Source of the DNA: Eutreptiella sp. 'Long Island Sound 2002'
Lineage: Eukaryota > Protista > Euglenida
Direction: 5' to 3'
DNA: 64,000 bases
NCBI GenBank assembly: GCA_964036045.1
Contig: OZ038378.1
Span: 53,878,001 to 53,942,000, forward strand
The position numbers were made by a program, and so were the translations under genes. The notes under the pieces were generated by a model. It did no database searches and was not told the origin of the DNA. It worked only from the letters and a program-made list of their open reading frames with translations. This document shows positions 61,101 through 64,000 of this stretch, one piece after another. Position 1 is the stretch's first letter. Each line of letters opens with the position of its first letter.

Positions 61101-64000
61101 CAAATTTTGTAAATTTGGACTAGCACAGAACTCGATCTGCTACAATTAACACGCACCAAGCACAAAGCAAAAACCTTCAACGAGTTTTGCATTGCTCATG
61201 CAACGACAAGCCTCTCCCCCATCCCCAATTTTGTCCAAGATCCCTGGTTGTACACCCATCCCCCTCTTTCTCTTCATGCACCCTCCCCTATCTAGGTGCC
61301 GTTATGCAGAGTCGCTCTCAGACATGTTAATTTGGTAGTCTCCATCGGACCCCGCTGCGGCATCGCAGCTCGACCTGCACATGGTGCACTACCAACGAGA
61401 ATCCTCTTGTTGCACATAGGAACCATCACGGCTCCACACAAGGCCACTGCACCCATCGTGATTCCACCGCCGGCGCGTGCCACAGAGAGCCCAACTTTCT
61501 GTTTCTCCTGTCCCAGCACCGTTTCTACCAGGGCACGTGGTGCCATTGTCCCAGTGTGTGTCTGCAATTTACGTGCTTGGGCATCCTTAGCATGTCTCTC
61601 TCGTTGTTTCAATTCCCGACGTTGTCGTTTCGTTCATCTCCACCGAGGCCCAAAGTAAAGACACGAACGTGACAAGAGACTCTCTCTAGAAAATTGCAAG
61701 TAGGCCGAAACTCGTTTTGCCACTTCGCCCTTCGGCCGACCACTAGCATTGAGCTGTGATTCCGCATCCATTGTGGCATGTGCCCGTCGCTCGGTGGCAC
61801 TAGGATGATGGTCATCCAAATGCTCATCATCGTCGGGTTGAGAGCAAGGAACAACTTCCTAAACCAGCTTTTTCCTCTTCTCCCCCAAAAGCGGTATGGT
61901 AGTGCCTTCGTTGTTGACCGGCACAAATTGTATGTGGGAAAAAAGCAACTGGCCATCACTCCCAAGAGAGTGCTCTCTACTCAATCCATCCTGACTCTCA
62001 TCACCCGCCACACCCAAAAGGTTCGATGTGGTCATAAGTGGCTCGAATGGTGCCAAGTAAAAGTCCTTGGGTTTTTGCATTGAAAAAAGGGAGAAGAGCG
62101 TCGTGGCAACACGATTTGCGAGTGGTGGGAGCGACCACGCGATCATGCCACCCAAAATTTCAGCATGGAATCCACCCCCCCTCAGTAGCCTGGGTCCTAC
62201 CCCGTTGGCAGGCATCGATTTTGCAGCAATCCGTGCTCCTCATCGCCCACAGGAGGTGCTAGTATGAAGTCCACAAATTTTCGACCTTGGCCAATGGTGA
62301 TTTGAGCTCATCGCTGAATGTCCTACCTTATGCGGGCGGTATATCAGGAAATTTGGCACCAAATCTCGAAATTTTCTTATGGATGAATGGCCTAGCTCCG
62401 AATCTACAAATTTATAAAAAATACCGACAAGATGGCAAGTTCCAAAAAAAATTCTCGCAACCGTGAAGCACGGGCCGTTTTGGCCTAGCATTCGGCAAAT
62501 CACCCTAAAAAGAGACACATGACGTTGCCCAATTTGCTCTAAGGTGATAGACATGTACAAACATGTAGGTACATTATATCCAACCACAAATGTCGGGCCC
62601 AAGATAAGGGCCTAGTTCGCTCATGCATGGGGGCCATAAGTTCAATGCTACCCCAATTCAGCCTTGCACAAGAGCCAGGATTTCAATGAGGCTTTAGTGC
62701 GTTGACGCAAAGGCGCCAAGGGTCAAGATTTTAATGACGCCCCAGTGCCCTCATGCATACGGGCCATGGTTTCAATGAGGTTTGTTGTCGTACGGTAGGT
62801 TGATTTGAGCAACTGCTGAAAATCGTTATGGTGAGGGTCACTGCATTTGTAATGTTCTGTACTGATGGGGCTAAATGCAGAGTGCGCTCCCATTGGGCCA
62901 AGTCCCAAAGCATGATGTACCTGACTTCATGCCGTTGCCACTTTTGTGGGACATGTCACATCCTGCCACCACGAACTCCTTTTTTCAAGAAGCTCTTGCA
63001 ATCCCAGACTACACTGGGGCGTAGCACCTCACCCGGCACGCGCGGCGTAGACTTTTGCCCAGGCAAACACACCACCATGATGTGTTCTCTCAATATCGGT
63101 TGTTTTAGGAGGGGGGGAAGCTTAGGCCGCTGTGGGAAAATCCACTGTAAAAGTAGCACACAACGCACATGTGGTGCATAGCCTCTAGGGTGCATCTGCA
63201 TCCACGGCGGGCCACAAACCGCTTTTGCTATGCTGGCAAAGGACAACAACCGCTCTGGGTATGACTCTCCCGTAGCCATAGGAGGAGCTTCGGTAGACCT
63301 CCAAAATGCGTTTGAGAACACTCTATTGGCGTCAAGCACACAGGTGGGGGGAAATACCCCCTAACGTCCACAATTGTGAGTTTGGGGGGTGGTGCGACAG
63401 AATGGATCCCTAAAAGTGGAGGAAGATGATCAACAGGAAATGCAAACTAATTGTGGATGTCGACAGAGCGCCCTGTTAGGTACCATGTGTGATACAAGTA
63501 GTGGTCTCCGGGCCCTATGAACGCTTGATGAGTGATCCACGGAGGCCCCGGATTTTCGAACCAGAACCGTTGTTAAATGGCACGCTTTGCAAAAAACTAG
63601 CAGCACCGCCACCAGTTGAGGGCTCTAAATAGAACGGGTTGATACCCATCCTTGATTACATTGCACAATCCCTTTCCGCCATGACTAGTCAAGGCTCACG
63701 AAGAAAAAACGGTGGGAAACGGCTCCAATGAAGAGATGGAGTATGAAACCTTACCCGACGCAACGAAATATGTGTTTTGAGTTGAACTGGCCGTCTCCCC
63801 ATCCCCAAGTTCATTGACTAACCCTTTTGTCCCGGGTGCCGAAAAGGTTCCTTGCAAGAAATGATTGATGTCACTGCAAAAAAATTGCCATGCCTAGAGG
63901 TCTCCACTCCTCGTCAAAAATTCTCTCATGTAGTGTATGAAGCAGGTAGTAGGTCTAACCCCGCCGACACTCATGATCTTGAACGGAGCATCAACAGTGT

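Noticed and set aside
61200-64000. Gag/protease and LTR of the Gypsy-like element
   Set aside because: The position is plausible, but I found no convincing motif, primer-binding site or LTR pair by eye.

Overview
Repeat-dense eukaryotic (protist-like) genomic DNA with canonical GT-AG introns. The LINE type and repeat style recall euglenids, but the organism cannot be established from the window. Left to right: dispersed repeats; an LRR pseudogene cut off by a 7-kb block of three abutting satellites (6.06-13.04 kb, with a 200-N gap); an ~8-kb element (13.34-21.25 kb); a RAG1/Transib-like transposase remnant; a ~10.5-kb LINE with a 2A-like motif, a nested hAT remnant and a clean internal inversion; two probable exons of one host gene (DUF4795-like); and degenerate Ty3/Gypsy sequence on the minus strand. 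The best candidate for an undescribed system is the ~8-kb element. It encodes a DDE-like transposase and an intron-containing gene for a ParB/Srx-like domain fused to a degenerate methyltransferase-like fold. It carries 16 copies of a 22-bp palindrome, GTTTCAC-TGTTGACA-GTGAAAC, whose arms equal bacterial parS half-sites, and every predicted intron of the ParB-like gene contains one. A ~530-bp inverted derivative at 1.85-2.38 kb keeps both end segments and three palindromes. All domain calls are by-eye motif recognition and no searches were run.
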